Source: Eledone cirrhosa (Eukaryota). Taken from it: a stretch of DNA of 64,000 nucleotides. The stretch lies in NCBI GenBank assembly GCA_964016885.1, contig OZ024746.1, positions 16,988,001 through 17,052,000 of the forward strand. Reading direction: 5' to 3'. Of the stretch, positions 26,951 through 39,785 are shown one piece after another. The number at the start of each line of letters is the position of its first letter. The stretch's first letter is position 1. The notes beneath the pieces are model-generated. The model had not been told where the DNA came from. It saw only the letters and a program-made list of their open reading frames with translations, and made no database searches. The translations under genes were made by a program, and so were the position numbers.

Positions 26951-27514
26951 GGGTTCCAGGTGAAAACATTGCCTCAAAGAAAACTACTAGATGAACGTGA
27001 AACTTTTCATGGGCCCTGCATGGTTGAGCCCTGGCCTTAAAACACTTTCTGGTGTTTAGTCAGGAAGAGAAAGGCTGTCCCCCTGAACCTTTTTTATGGC
27101 CTCCTAGACTGGGAAGAAGTAAGCTGGAAGGGGAGTATCATAAAACTGGAGATTTGGGTCTGAATATTTGCTATTAAGTGAACTCTACTAAAAGCACCCA
27201 AGTGGTTGTGTTAAACTAGACAGAATAATAGTGGTGTATATAAAAACATATATATAAACATATATTATACGTTCATATACAATAAACATATTGGTAGCAT
27301 TGCTATTGAAGAAAAATGTTATTTTTCTCTATGAATATATCACAGGGCATGATATATATATATAATCATCATCATCACCTCTTTACATCCGCTTTTCCCT
27401 GTATATATAATTATATATGTATGTGTGTATATATATATATATATATATCAATCATCATCATCACTTTACATCCGCTTTTCCCTGTATATATAACAATATA
27501 TGTATGCATGTATG

Positions 27515-27770
27515 TATCATCATCATGACCGTTTTTACGTCACGCTAGCATGGGTTAGACGGGTTGTCCTGTTGTGGGCAATGTCCAGCTGACCTTGTCT
27601 TGCTCATACGAGAACTGATTCTGGCTTCATTTCTACAGCTGGATGCCCTTCCTAACACCAACCTCATTTACAGTGAGTGCTGGGTGCTTTTTTGCCGTGG
27701 CACCTACACGACCACTTTGCAGTGGAATGATAGGGACCCCAGTCCCTATCATCTCATTTCTACAGCTGAG
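27515..27770 (-). mobile_element. SINE family B / RTE-tail 3' fragment
   Basis: Contains the hairpin ATGATAGGGAC-CCCA-GTCCCTATCAT (27727-27752) and the CTACAGCTGGATGCCCTTCCTAACACCAACC module. Confidence 0.85.
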
Positions 27771-27789
27771 TATAATATATATATAATAA

Positions 27790-28740
27790 TAAATTTGAAG
27801 ACTAAAATCCAAAGAGGGCTCGATAAGGATAAATATATATCAAATATATAAGAACCGTAGAGCAAATATTTATTAAAATAACAGATTAAAGTTTAATAGG
27901 GATACTATTAAAATTTCTTACTCTACGACTCCTAACCTTGCACAAACATCACAGCTTCAAATTTAGTTAAACTACCTAGCCGTAGGAACACGTGCAACCC
28001 TGTAGTTAGTACTAACTGTAATTGTAGAGATCGGGTTGACTGCCCCCTATCCGGGAAATGCCTCTCTAGTAACATTGTCTACAAATGTAAGGTTGAAACA
28101 CCCACGTCCTGTAGGGCCTACATAGGGTTAACCGCCAATAGATTCAAGCAGCGTCTTTACATGCATACCCATTCTTTTCGTTACCTTCTAAGAAGGAATA
28201 TGACGTCACTTTCAGCTTATATCTGGAGTCTAAAAGACAACCACACCCAATATAAGTTACACTGGGAGATCCTAGCTAGGGCTAGATCGTATAACGGAAA
28301 CAAAAGACCATGTGACCTCTGCGCCGCTGAGGCCCTGGAAATACTCTACGCCACAGACCACATCTTAAACAAAAAAATCTGAGGCAATTTCGGCTTGTAA
28401 ACATAAATTGCCCAAAACTTTCCTGTATTAAAGCCCCACATTCCCTAACGGATAGTACGATCTATACGCGGATAATTTACATCTTGATGTGGTAGCTAAG
28501 TATATGTTATGTTTATACCATTACTTATTTGCATAGGTAAGTATATATTACCTGTATGTTTTGTGAAGGGAACGTTTCCACGAACCAAAGTATCGTCTTC
28601 CTGTCTTCCTCCCGTTGCAACGTTTTTTGAAATATCCACTTCTGCGTTTACAGATTGACTTTGTTAGTTTCAGAAGATCCCGTTAAGGGTGAAAGCAGCG
28701 ATTCTTTGCTTAAACTTTAATCTGTTATTTTAATAAATAT
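27790..28740 (+). mobile_element. 5'-truncated Penelope-like retroelement: RT linker, GIY-YIG endonuclease and pLTR, with an inverted partial pLTR at the 5' end
   Basis: Frameshifted translation FNRDTIKISYSTTPNLAQ../..NCNCRDRVDCPLSGKCLSSNIVYKCKVETPTSCRAYIGLTANRFKQRLYMHTHSF...TSLSAYIWSLK...CDLCAAEALEILYATDHILNKK. Perfect 31-bp inverted repeat at 27866-27896 / 28710-28740. Confidence 0.92.
28668..28700 (+). ncRNA. Hammerhead-like motif with a variant core in the PLE pLTR
   Basis: CAGAAGA-T-CCC-GTTAA-GGG-T-GAAA, identical in the 22255 copy. Differs from canonical CUGANGA at U4. Confidence 0.45.
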
Positions 28741-28761
28741 ATATATATATATATATATATA

Positions 28762-29501
28762 GTAGCAGCAATACCCAGCATTGCCTGGATAGGTAAAATA
28801 ATGTCTGCTTTGATGTAAAGGTGTTGATCTTAGCGACTGCTTCTCGATGACTCATCTATGGCCACACACAGGCCATGCGGGGGTGGTGATGACATCTATC
28901 ACTGAGAAATGTGGGTGACTGACGAAGGGGCATGCTGGGGGAGGGAGTTTCGAATTTGAACGAAATCGATTGAAAAATGTGGGAGCTAGAGCCGAAAAGG
29001 CGGTATTTTCGAATATTTAAGCGGCTGCCCCGTCGTTCCTGAACCAAATATCCCAAATGTAGAGCCACCTTAAGACGTGAAATAATCAGATCTAGTGTAG
29101 TGTAAAATTTGAATAAAGTAGGTTGATTAATGTAGGAGCTAGAGCCAAAAAAGTGGAAATTTGAGTCTAAAAGTGGTATTTTTTAATATTTAAGCGGCTG
29201 CCACGCCGTCCCTGAACAACAAATGCAAAATATAAAGCCAATACAGGATGTGCAATGATAAATTTTATTTTGCTTTAAAATTTGAACCAAATCGGTGGCA
29301 AAATGTGGGAGCTAGAGCCAAAAATCTTATTTTTCAATACCTAAAAAAAAGGTAAATTCCCCCCCCCCCAAAAAAAAATCGATTTTTATCTGCAGAATGA
29401 CCCCGGAATAAAAAAACGGTACGCTGATATATAAAAAACATGACTAATCTATGAGCCTGTAAAGTTTCATGAAAATCGGTCGTAAGATGTAGGCCCCTAT
29501 A

Positions 29502-29559
<58 letters not shown>

Positions 29560-29578
29560 AATTTTATATATATACAGA
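28762..29578 (-). mobile_element. Non-autonomous Helitron (second family)
   Basis: Minus strand: A|TCTGTATATATATAAAATTAAG(TG)n ... CCAGGCAATGCTGGG hairpin ... CTAC|T (one change from CTAG). Has an internal duplication of about 150 bp. Confidence 0.78.
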
Positions 29579-32329
29579 TAATGAAGGTTGAAATTTAAAA
29601 TAATGAATGGCTTGGTAATAATTAATATGTGGCAAGGTATGATATATATATAAAATGATGGTTGAAATTTAGAAATAGAATAATTAATTTGGTAATAATT
29701 AATTTTTATGTCTATTTCAAAATATCCACAATTGTGGTTTGATTTTATCTACATAGCAATTTAGATGCCAAAGACATAAAGAAATGAATAAAAATGATGT
29801 CTGGAACTCAGTTTTTATTTTCTTTCATCTTCTGTATTTCTGTATCCACAATTTAAAAATGTACATAAAATGTATTCTTTAATCAATCCTAGCACCAAAG
29901 CTTAATTATTTAAAAAAAAAGTTAATTATCTCTAAAAATAATAATTTTTCATAAAATATAATGTTAGAATGTGCAGTGACTGGAACCAATAAAAAGATAA
30001 AAATAAAGAATTCCTTAATTATTTTTAAAATACTTATGTGGGCAATACAGAATTCTATTTAATGAATTCACTTTATTTAATTTAACCTATACCAAACCAC
30101 CCAAAACTACCCCTGGTTCTACAATACAAGACTTTATTTTAATGTGTTTGTATTTATCTAAAACTCTTCCACCATAATTTTCTCTAAGAACATTTGTTAA
30201 GTTATGTTCCAAACACCAGTTTAATCATGAGAAAGTTAGTTATTTGACTAAATCTCTCAAAATTCTTGAATATTTTAAAAATAATTTGAATATCATAGGC
30301 AGTGTCTTTCATGAGAAATATGGTAAGAAAAGGGTCAATGAAGAAGAAGGACAGTGCCTATGATTTATTTCCAGAGTCTCTGAGACTTGTAGGATGTCTG
30401 AATGCTTGAAACAAAGTGGACTCAGCTAAAAGTACACAAAGGTCAGGTACTGGTGTTAAACTGGTTGACAAATTAAATGAACCACCTAAAGAAGCTATGG
30501 TAGGATATATGGTCTGAATGCAAAGAGCCAGAACAAATACCGCAAGGCTACCCACTTGACACTTTATTATTTTGTCAAGTTCATTGCCCTAAAGTTGTAC
30601 ATTTTTCATCAATTCCAAAAAGGTGAATAGCAAGGTTGATCCCAGTGAGATTTGAACTTAGAATGCAAGGATGTGGAACAAATACTGAAGAGCATGTCAT
30701 CCACTACTCAATATCAATTCATTACCTGTCCATCATTTAAAATCAAACCAATAATGAAACATTTATTTCATCTCTCACCTATAAATATAGAGCATTAAGT
30801 TTCATACATGAGATTGTGTCAAACTAAGATATAGGTTAAAAACATAAATTATGAGGTTAATTACTCAATGACACCATATCTGCTTTTCTATGGTGGCATG
30901 GTTTGGATGAAACATTTTGAGGCAGTTTTCTATTGTCAGATGCCCTTCCTGCTGCTAACCCATACTTTATTTTAAGTATTATAAATACATTGCCAACATT
31001 CATCAAACTGTTACTTTATGGAACATAATGTCACTGCTTGTTTTGAAACAGTTTCAGTGTGAAGATATTCATGTCTCTCTCTTTCTCTCAGCTTATTTAC
31101 AGTTTCTGTCTACCAAATTTCCTTAAATCATTACATCTTCAATATACATTAGATACTGAACTGATGTCAGTTAAAATATAGAAAATACTCTAAATTAATC
31201 CAATAATCATCAATTTTGAAACCCCCAAGATTGCAAGTTGTGTGTGATCTGAGCCGAAAAGTAGCCAATGTCTATCTATTGCAAGGTGGAAGAGAAAAAG
31301 CTAACAAAACAAAAACTCAATGAATTAGGTTAGATATTGTATTGACAGCTAGCTCTAAGAATAGGTTGATGATAGAAAGTAGCTAAGACTTACAGGAAAT
31401 AAGAATGGAAATACAATGTTGTGTGCAGTGGAACCTATTTAAACAGGAATTGTTTTCCACTGAAGCAGAAGTAGATAAACAACAGGATCCTTGAATTAAA
31501 ACCACAGCTAAACTAAATAGGTGTTGATAACATAGTTTTGTCAGAAAGTTTTACTGTATTTTCTTTTTCTCTTTCAAGTCCACTACAACTTCTGCTGCTA
31601 GTGCTGTTAGTTGATTGTATTTGTAATGTTATGAAGGCTACCAACATAATTCCAGAAATTAACCCCTTCATTTCTTATGAAATATGTGTTTCCTTTATTG
31701 TTTAGTTAGTGACAAAAGGGCAATGCTCACAACATCTTTCAGGATCTCCTAGACTGGTGGAAGGAAGGTATCTAAGAGACCTAGCCTAAATGCTTGTAAC
31801 CGAGTAAACTCCACTAGAGGCACTCAAGGGCAATGTGGGGATGTTGAACTGAGTGATGGGTTATGTCTATCAGCCAAGTGAGCAAAACAGTGGAACAAAT
31901 ACTGTAAGGTATCTTGTCTGATATTCTAATAATTCCACCAATCTACTGCCATAAACTGGTATATCTGATACTCCAACAATTCCATCTACTACCATAAACT
32001 GGTACTTTGTTTTATCAACTCTGGAAACATAAACGACAAAGTTAACCTTAGTGGGATTTGATCTCAAAATGTGTTTCAATTAATTTTGAAAATAATCAAG
32101 TATTTGGAGGGTTTTTAGTAAAATAACTTTTCCATTAAGTTTGTTAAAAAATTATGCTGGAAGGTTTTAATAAAGATATAAACACTTTCAATTGGCCATT
32201 TTTGTCAGATTCAGGGGCAGTTTCAGGTGGGTTGGTATCAAAAGGCTTAAAGTTAGAATATTAACTACTAACATATAACATAACCATTATTTTCACTGTT
32301 AGACTTTTCAAAACCATAGTTATTGTTGT

Positions 32330-32585
32330 TTAGCCCCACGTTATTCCTGAGGAGGGCAAACTCTCAAAGTACCTGTCGCTCTCTGACAGGTTTGTGGTCG
32401 TGCTCTTGGCAGTGGAGACTTTTGGTGTCCTTGGCCCTAGGGCTACCTCCCTACTTACCACCATAGGCACTGAATTGGCCAGCTGCAGGTGTGAGCCTCG
32501 CGAGATGGAATGGCTCTTCCAGCACATCTCCCTTACCATCTTCCGGGGAAATGCCTTCTTCATTCTGTTCGCTGGGGCTGTGGGG
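32330..32585 (+). pseudogene. C-terminal restriction-like endonuclease fragment of a CRE-like non-LTR retrotransposon
   Basis: EEGKLSKYLSLSDRFVVVLLAVETFGVLGPRATSLLTTIGTELA...EPREMEWLFQHISLTIFRGNA fits the K..KY...P.AVET.G.WG...WL.QRIS.A..RGNA signature as I recall it. Confidence 0.78.
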
Positions 32586-33551
32586 TTGCCAGCACGTGGA
32601 ACCCCATTTGCTCATAATACAGAGAGATGGGGAGGGCAAGAGAGATGGAGGCGATGACAGTGGGAGTTCGACTCTTCCATGTTCAGACACATTGCATCTT
32701 TATGTCAAAGTGTAATTATCTTCTGGGAACATGATTCTGTTAATTTTGAACATTATAAGACTAGATTATCCAGTCATCCTTGCATTCATCTGAAAGATGC
32801 TCATGTGTGACGTGGGGGAGATTTCACTGCTACAGGTTGAATTACTAACAGCAGGGAGGAAGCCCCTCACTTACTGGCAATATTTTTAAACTGCCCATTA
32901 ATGAAGTCTCTAAAACCGTATATAAAACAACAGTTTAAGCCTCAAGACCAAAACAGTAATTTAATACAAGTGGCAGATTCATGAATTTCTAAAATTAAAG
33001 ATTCATTATTTTTCTTGGCAGAAGAACCTCCACAGGTTCTTATGTACTTGCAATCAACTACTTATACGATTTGTAATAACTACTGCTTAACAAGAACACA
33101 CACATATATAATATAATATACATCATCATTTTTATGTCCATTTTACCATGCTTACATAGGTTAGACAGCATCTCCCCACTTGTTTCTTTCCTTTAACTGC
33201 TCAAATTTTCCTTGGTCTTCCTCTTCCACTGCTTCTTTCTACTTGGAACTCTTGACTCTTATTCAATACATATTACATGTCTGTACCAGTGCAGTCTTCT
33301 CTCTACATGCTACATCTGATTTCTCTTATTCCCAGTTTTTCTCTCAGCACATCTGTGCCTCATCATGCATGCACATTAACATTACACATCCAACAAAACA
33401 TGTTTGATTTGTTTCTCTCCAGCCTTCACATAACCTCCACATTCACTGTCCACACTCACTGCAATATTGTACTTCCCATGACTGAATACACACATGCTTT
33501 TTCTCAAAAAGCCTTTTTTCCCTCTCTTTCTATTTCATCTTTTATCTTCTA

Positions 33552-33587
33552 TCTTCTGATGAAGGACTAGTGCCTGAAATGTAAAGA
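33552..33587 (+). ncRNA. Minimal type-I hammerhead ribozyme motif in a probable PLE pLTR remnant
   Basis: TCTT-CTGATGA-AGG[ACTAGTG]CCT-GAAA-TG-TA-AAGA: stem I TCTT/AAGA, intact core, 3-bp stem II, stem III reduced to a near-palindrome. Confidence 0.6.
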
Positions 33588-33682
33588 CTCTTTTCACACT
33601 ATATCAAGCGTTAAACTAATATATTTCTTCATTGTACTGTATTGTTTACTTTATTGTTTCCATTCACTTTTTACATGCACCC

Positions 33683-33713
<31 letters not shown>

Positions 33714-33964
33714 TCTGTTTGGAGTCAAGTGCTTGTCTGTCAATAGTCTAAAATAACTAGTCCATAGATCTATGGACTATTTCCTATTAGTCAGCTATTT
33801 TTGATAACTATCTGACCTTTGACCTGCCCTGAAACCATGGAAACACTTGCTATTAATAATCCACCATTATCAATATCATGTTTTGATGTCTACTTTTCCA
33901 TATTTACATGGGTTGGACAAGACTTTTTGAGGTAGTGTTTATACAGCTAGATCAATGCCAAATT

Positions 33965-36900
33965 ATATATATTGTATAAGTATGGTATATACCACAGCTG
34001 CATGCCCTTCTCAATGCCACCATATATTGTATAAGTATGGTATATACCACAGCTGCATGCCCTTCTCAATGCCACTGTATATTGTATAAGTATGGTATAT
34101 ACCACAGCTGCATGCCCTTCTCAATGCCACCATATATTGTATAAGTATGGTATATACCACAGCTGCATGCCCTTCTCAATGCCACCATATATTGTATAAG
34201 TATGGTATATACCACAGCTGCATGCCCTTCTCAATGCCACTGTATATTGTATAAGTATGGTATATACCACAGCTGCATGCCCTTCTCAATGCCACCATAT
34301 ATTGTATAAGTATGGTATATACCACAGCTGCATGCCCTTCTCAATGCCACCGTATATTGTATAAGTATGGTATATACTGCATGCCCTTCTCAATGCCACC
34401 GTATATTGTATAAGTATGGTATATACCACAGCTGCATGCCCTTCTCAATGCCACCGTATATTGTATAAGTATGGTATATACCACAGCTGCATGCCCTTCT
34501 CAATGCCACCATATATTGTATAAGTATGGTATATACCACAGCTGCATGCCCTTCTCAATGCCACCATATATTGTATAAGTATGGTATATACCACAGCTGC
34601 ATGCCCTTCTCAATGCCACCATATATTGTATAAGTATGGTATATACCACAGCTGCATGCCCTTCTCAATGCCACCATATATTGTATAAGTATGGTATATA
34701 CCACAGCTGCATGCCCTTCTCAATGCCACTGTATATTGTATAAGTATGGTATATACCACAGCTGCATGCCCTTCTCAATGCCACCATATATTGTATAAGT
34801 ATGGTATATACCACAGCTGCATGCCCTTCTCAATGCCACCATATATTGTATAAGTATGGTATATACCACAGCTGCATGCCCTTCTCAATGCCACCATATA
34901 TTGTATAAGTATGGTATATACCACAGCTGCATGCCCTTCTCAATGCCACTGTATATTGTATAAGTATGGTATATACCACAGCTGCATGCCCTTCTCAATG
35001 CCACTGTATATTGTATAAGTATGGTATATACTACAGCTGCATGCCCTTCTCAATGCCACCGTATATTGTATAAGTATGGTATATACCACAGCTGCATGCC
35101 CTTCTCAATGCCACCGTATATTGTATAAGTATGGTATATACTGCATGCCCTTCTCAATGCCACCGTATATTGTATAAGTATGGTATATACCACAGCTGCA
35201 TGCCCTTCTCAATGCCACCGTATATTGTATAAGTATGGTATATACCACAGCTGCATGCCCTTCTCAATGCCACCATATATTGTATAAGTATGGTATATAC
35301 CACAGCTGCATGCCCTTCTCAATGCCACCATATATTGTATAAGTATGGTATATACCACAGCTGCATGCCCTTCTCAATGCCACCATATATTGTATAAGTA
35401 TGGTATATACCACAGCTGCATGCCCTTCTCAATGCCACCATATATTGTATAAGTATGGTATATACCACAGCTGCATGCCCTTCTCAATGCCACTGTATAT
35501 TGTATAAGTATGGTATATACCACAGCTGCATGCCCTTCTCAATGCCACCATATATTGTATAAGTATGGTATATACCACAGCTGCATGCCCTTCTCAATGC
35601 CACCGTATATTGTATAAGTATGGTATATACTGCATGCCCTTCTCAATGCCACCGTATATTGTATAAGTATGGTATATACCACAGCTGCATGCCCTTCTCA
35701 ATGCCACCGTATATTGTATAAGTATGGTATATACCACAGCTGCATGCCCTTCTCAATGCCACCATATATTGTATAAGTATGGTATATACCACAGCTGCAT
35801 GCCCTTCTCAATGCCACCATATATTGTATAAGTATGGTATATACCACAGCTGCATGCCCTTCTCAATGCCACCATATATTGTATAAGTATGGTATATACC
35901 ACAGCTGCATGCCCTTCTCAATGCCACCATATATTGTATAAGTATGGTATATACCACAGCTGCATGCCCTTCTCAATGCCACTGTATATTGTATAAGTAT
36001 GGTATATACCACAGCTGCATGCCCTTCTCAATGCCACCATATATTGTATAAGTATGGTATATACCACAGCTGCATGCCCTTCTCAATGCCACCATATATT
36101 GTATAAGTATGGTATATACCACAGCTGCATGCCCTTCTCAATGCCACCATATATTGTATAAGTATGGTATATACCACAGCTGCATGCCCTTCTCAATGCC
36201 ACTGTATATTGTATAAGTATGGTATATACCACAGCTGCATGCCCTTCTCAATGCCACTGTATATTGTATAAGTATGGTATATACTACAGCTGCATGCCCT
36301 TCTCAATGCCACCGTATATTGTATAAGTATGGTATATACCACAGCTGCATGCCCTTCTCAATGCCACCGTATATTGTATAAGTATGGTATATACTGCATG
36401 CCCTTCTCAATGCCACCGTATATTGTATAAGTATGGTATATACCACAGCTGCATGCCCTTCTCAATGCCACCGTATATTGTATAAGTATGGTATATACCA
36501 CAGCTGCATGCCCTTCTCAATGCCACCATATATTGTATAAGTATGGTATATACCACAGCTGCATGCCCTTCTCAATGCCACCATATATTGTATAAGTATG
36601 GTATATACCACAGCTGCATGCCCTTCTCAATGCCACCATATATTGTATAAGTATGGTATATACCACAGCTGCATGCCCTTCTCAATGCCACCATATATTG
36701 TATAAGTATGGTATATACCACAGCTGCATGCCCTTCTCAATGCCACCGTATATTGTATAAGTATGGTATATACCACAGCTGCATGCCCTTCTCAATGCCA
36801 CCATATATTGTATAAGTATGGTATATACCACAGCTGCATGCCCTTCTCAATGCCACCATATATTGTATAAGTATGGTATATACCACAGCTGCATGCCCTT

Positions 36901-38958
36901 CTCAATGCCACCGTATATTGTATAAGTATGGTATATACCACAGCTGCATGCCCTTCTCAATGCCACCATATATTGTATAAGTATGGTATATACCACAGCT
37001 GCATGCCCTTCTCAATGCCACCATATATTGTATAAGTATGGTATATACCACAGCTGCATGCCCTTCTCAATGCCACCATATATTGTATAAGTATGGTATA
37101 TACCACAGCTGCATGCCCTTCTCAATGCCACCATATATTGTATAAGTATGGTATATACCACAGCTGCATGCTCTTCTCAATGCCACCGTATATTGTATAA
37201 GTATGGTATATACCACAGCTGCATGCCCTTCTCAATGCCACCATATATTGTATAAGTATGGTATATACCACAGCTGCATGCCCTTCTCAATGCCACCGTA
37301 TATTGTATAAGTATGGTATATACCACAGCTGCATGCCCTTCTCAATGCCACCATATATTGTATAAGTATGGTATATACCACAGCTGCATGCTCTTCTCAA
37401 TGCCACCGTATATTGTATAAGTATGGTATATACCACAGCTGCATGCCCTTCTCAATGCCACCGTATATTGTATAAGTATGGTATATACCACAGCTGCATG
37501 CCCTTCTCAATGCCACCATATATTGTATAAGTATGGTATATACCACAGCTGCATGCTCTTCTCAATGCCACCGTATATTGTATAAGTATGGTATATACCA
37601 CAGCTGCATGCCCTTCTCAATGCCACCATATATTGTATAAGTATGGTATATACCACAGCTGCATGCTCTTCTCAATGCCACTGTATATTGTATAAGTATG
37701 GTATATAGCACAGCTGCATGCCCTTCTCAATGCCACTATATATTGTATAAGTATGGTATATACCACAGCTGCATGCCCTTCTCAATGCCACCATATATTG
37801 TATAAGTATGGTATATACCACAGCTGCATGCCCTTCTCAATGCCACTGTATATTGTATAAGTATGGTATATACCACAGCTGCATGCCCTTCTCAATGCCA
37901 CCATATATTGTATAAGTATGGTATATACCACAGCTGCATGCCCTTCTTAATGCCACCGTATATTGTATAAGTATGGTATATACCACAGCTGCATGCCCTT
38001 CTCAATGCCACTGTATATTGTATAAGTATGGTATATACCACAGCTGCATGCCCTTCTCAATGCCACTGTATATTGTATAAGTATGGTATATACCACAGCT
38101 GCATGCCCTTCTCAATGCCACCATATATTGTATAAGTATGGTATATACCACAGCTGCATGCCCTTCTCAATGCCACTGTATATTGTATAAGTATGGTATA
38201 TACCACAGCTGCATGCCCTTCTCAATGCCACCATATATTGTATAAGTATGGTATATACCACAGCTGCATGCCCTTCTTAATGCCACCGTATATTGTATAA
38301 GTATGGTATATACCACAGCTGCATGCCCTTCTCAATGCCACTGTATATTGTATAAGTATGGTATATACCACAGCTGCATGCCCTTCTCAATGCCACTGTA
38401 TATTGTATAAGTATGGTATATACCACAGCTGCATGCCCTTCTCAATGCCACCATATATTGTATAAGTATGGTATATACCACAGCTGCATGCCCTTCTTAA
38501 TGCCACCGTATATTGTATAAGTATGGTATATACCACAGCTGCATGCCCTTCTCAATGCCACCATATATTGTATAAGTATGGTATATACCACAGCTGCATG
38601 CCCTTCTCAATGCCACCATATATTGTATAAGTATGGTATATACCACAGCTGCATGCCCTTCTCAATGCCACCATATATTGTATAAGTATGGTATATACCA
38701 CAGCTGCATGCCCTTCTTAATGCCACCGTATATTGTATAAGTATGGTATATACCACAGCTGCATGCCCTTCTCAATGCCACTGTATATTGTATAAGTATG
38801 GTATATACCACAGCTGCATGCCCTTCTCAATGCCACTGTATATTGTATAAGTATGGTATATACCACAGCTGCATGCCCTTCTCAATGCCACCATATATTG
38901 TATAAGTATGGTATATACCACAGCTGCATGCCCTTCTCAATGCCACCGTATATTGTAT
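33965..38958. repeat. 55-bp tandem satellite, about 90 copies
   Basis: Unit TATATTGTATAAGTATGGTATATACCACAGCTGCATGCCCTTCTCAATGCCACCA. The phase recurs every 660 bp (12 x 55). Confidence 0.99.
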
Positions 38959-39539
38959 ACGTAAAGTATAGACCATTTATCTTCATTAAACTATAGGATA
39001 AAATTCTAGAGCCCCATGATAGCAAAGCAGACAAGCAAGGTTATATGCACATAATTTAAATACAAAAACAGACATTTAAAGGCCATTTTCACTGCTAAAA
39101 TAAGGATTAGCCTTGTGGGCCCCATCACCAGCTTCTTCATATTTCTTTCTCCACCATCTTTAGCCATGTCTTTCTTAGTCTTCTCCTTCTTCTACTTCCT
39201 TCTACATTCATTTCCTTAATTTATATAGGCTTATTAACTAAGTTTCAGATAAATAAGTCTTGAGAAACACTAAATATATTCAGATATCTTTAACTGTCAA
39301 ATCTCAACTCCTTAAATGGATAATGTTTCGGTTTTTATTTTTAAATTTAGTCTCTGTTAAATCATAACATCTTCAGTAGGTACTAGATACTGGACTACAG
39401 TATATTAAAGTATTGAATAGGTAGAAGATACCGGACTACAATATATTAAAATATAGAATAGTAATAGGCAGTGTTTTTCATTAAATATATGGCAGCAAAA
39501 GGGTCAACAGTATGATAAGAAAAAAAAATAGAAGTTTAA

Positions 39540-39785
39540 AATCTGTTCCAAGCTGGAACTTATTTCAATTTCCATGGTGTTAAGTGACCGAGACTATAAG
39601 ACTTGGGCCACCAATCCATTGCTGAGTTAACCCTCAGCTGCTGTGACACATTTCTATTTTTAGTAGCTGGTGCAATGTGAAATGAAGTGTCTTGCTTAAG
39701 GAAATAACATGCCCAGTTCAAGTATTAAACCCACAACCTTATGATCACAAGCCAAACACCCTACCCACTAGGTCATATGCTTGGA
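39540..39785 (-). mobile_element. Degenerate tRNA/CORE-type SINE
   Basis: TGTGAAATGAAGTGTCTTGCTTAAGG...CCACAACCTT...CCACTAGGTCATATGC is the reverse complement of a family-B-like head. Confidence 0.6.

Noticed and set aside
33965-38958. Possible CRISPR array
   Set aside because: Units are contiguous and near-identical with no unique spacers, there are no cas genes, and the context is eukaryotic.
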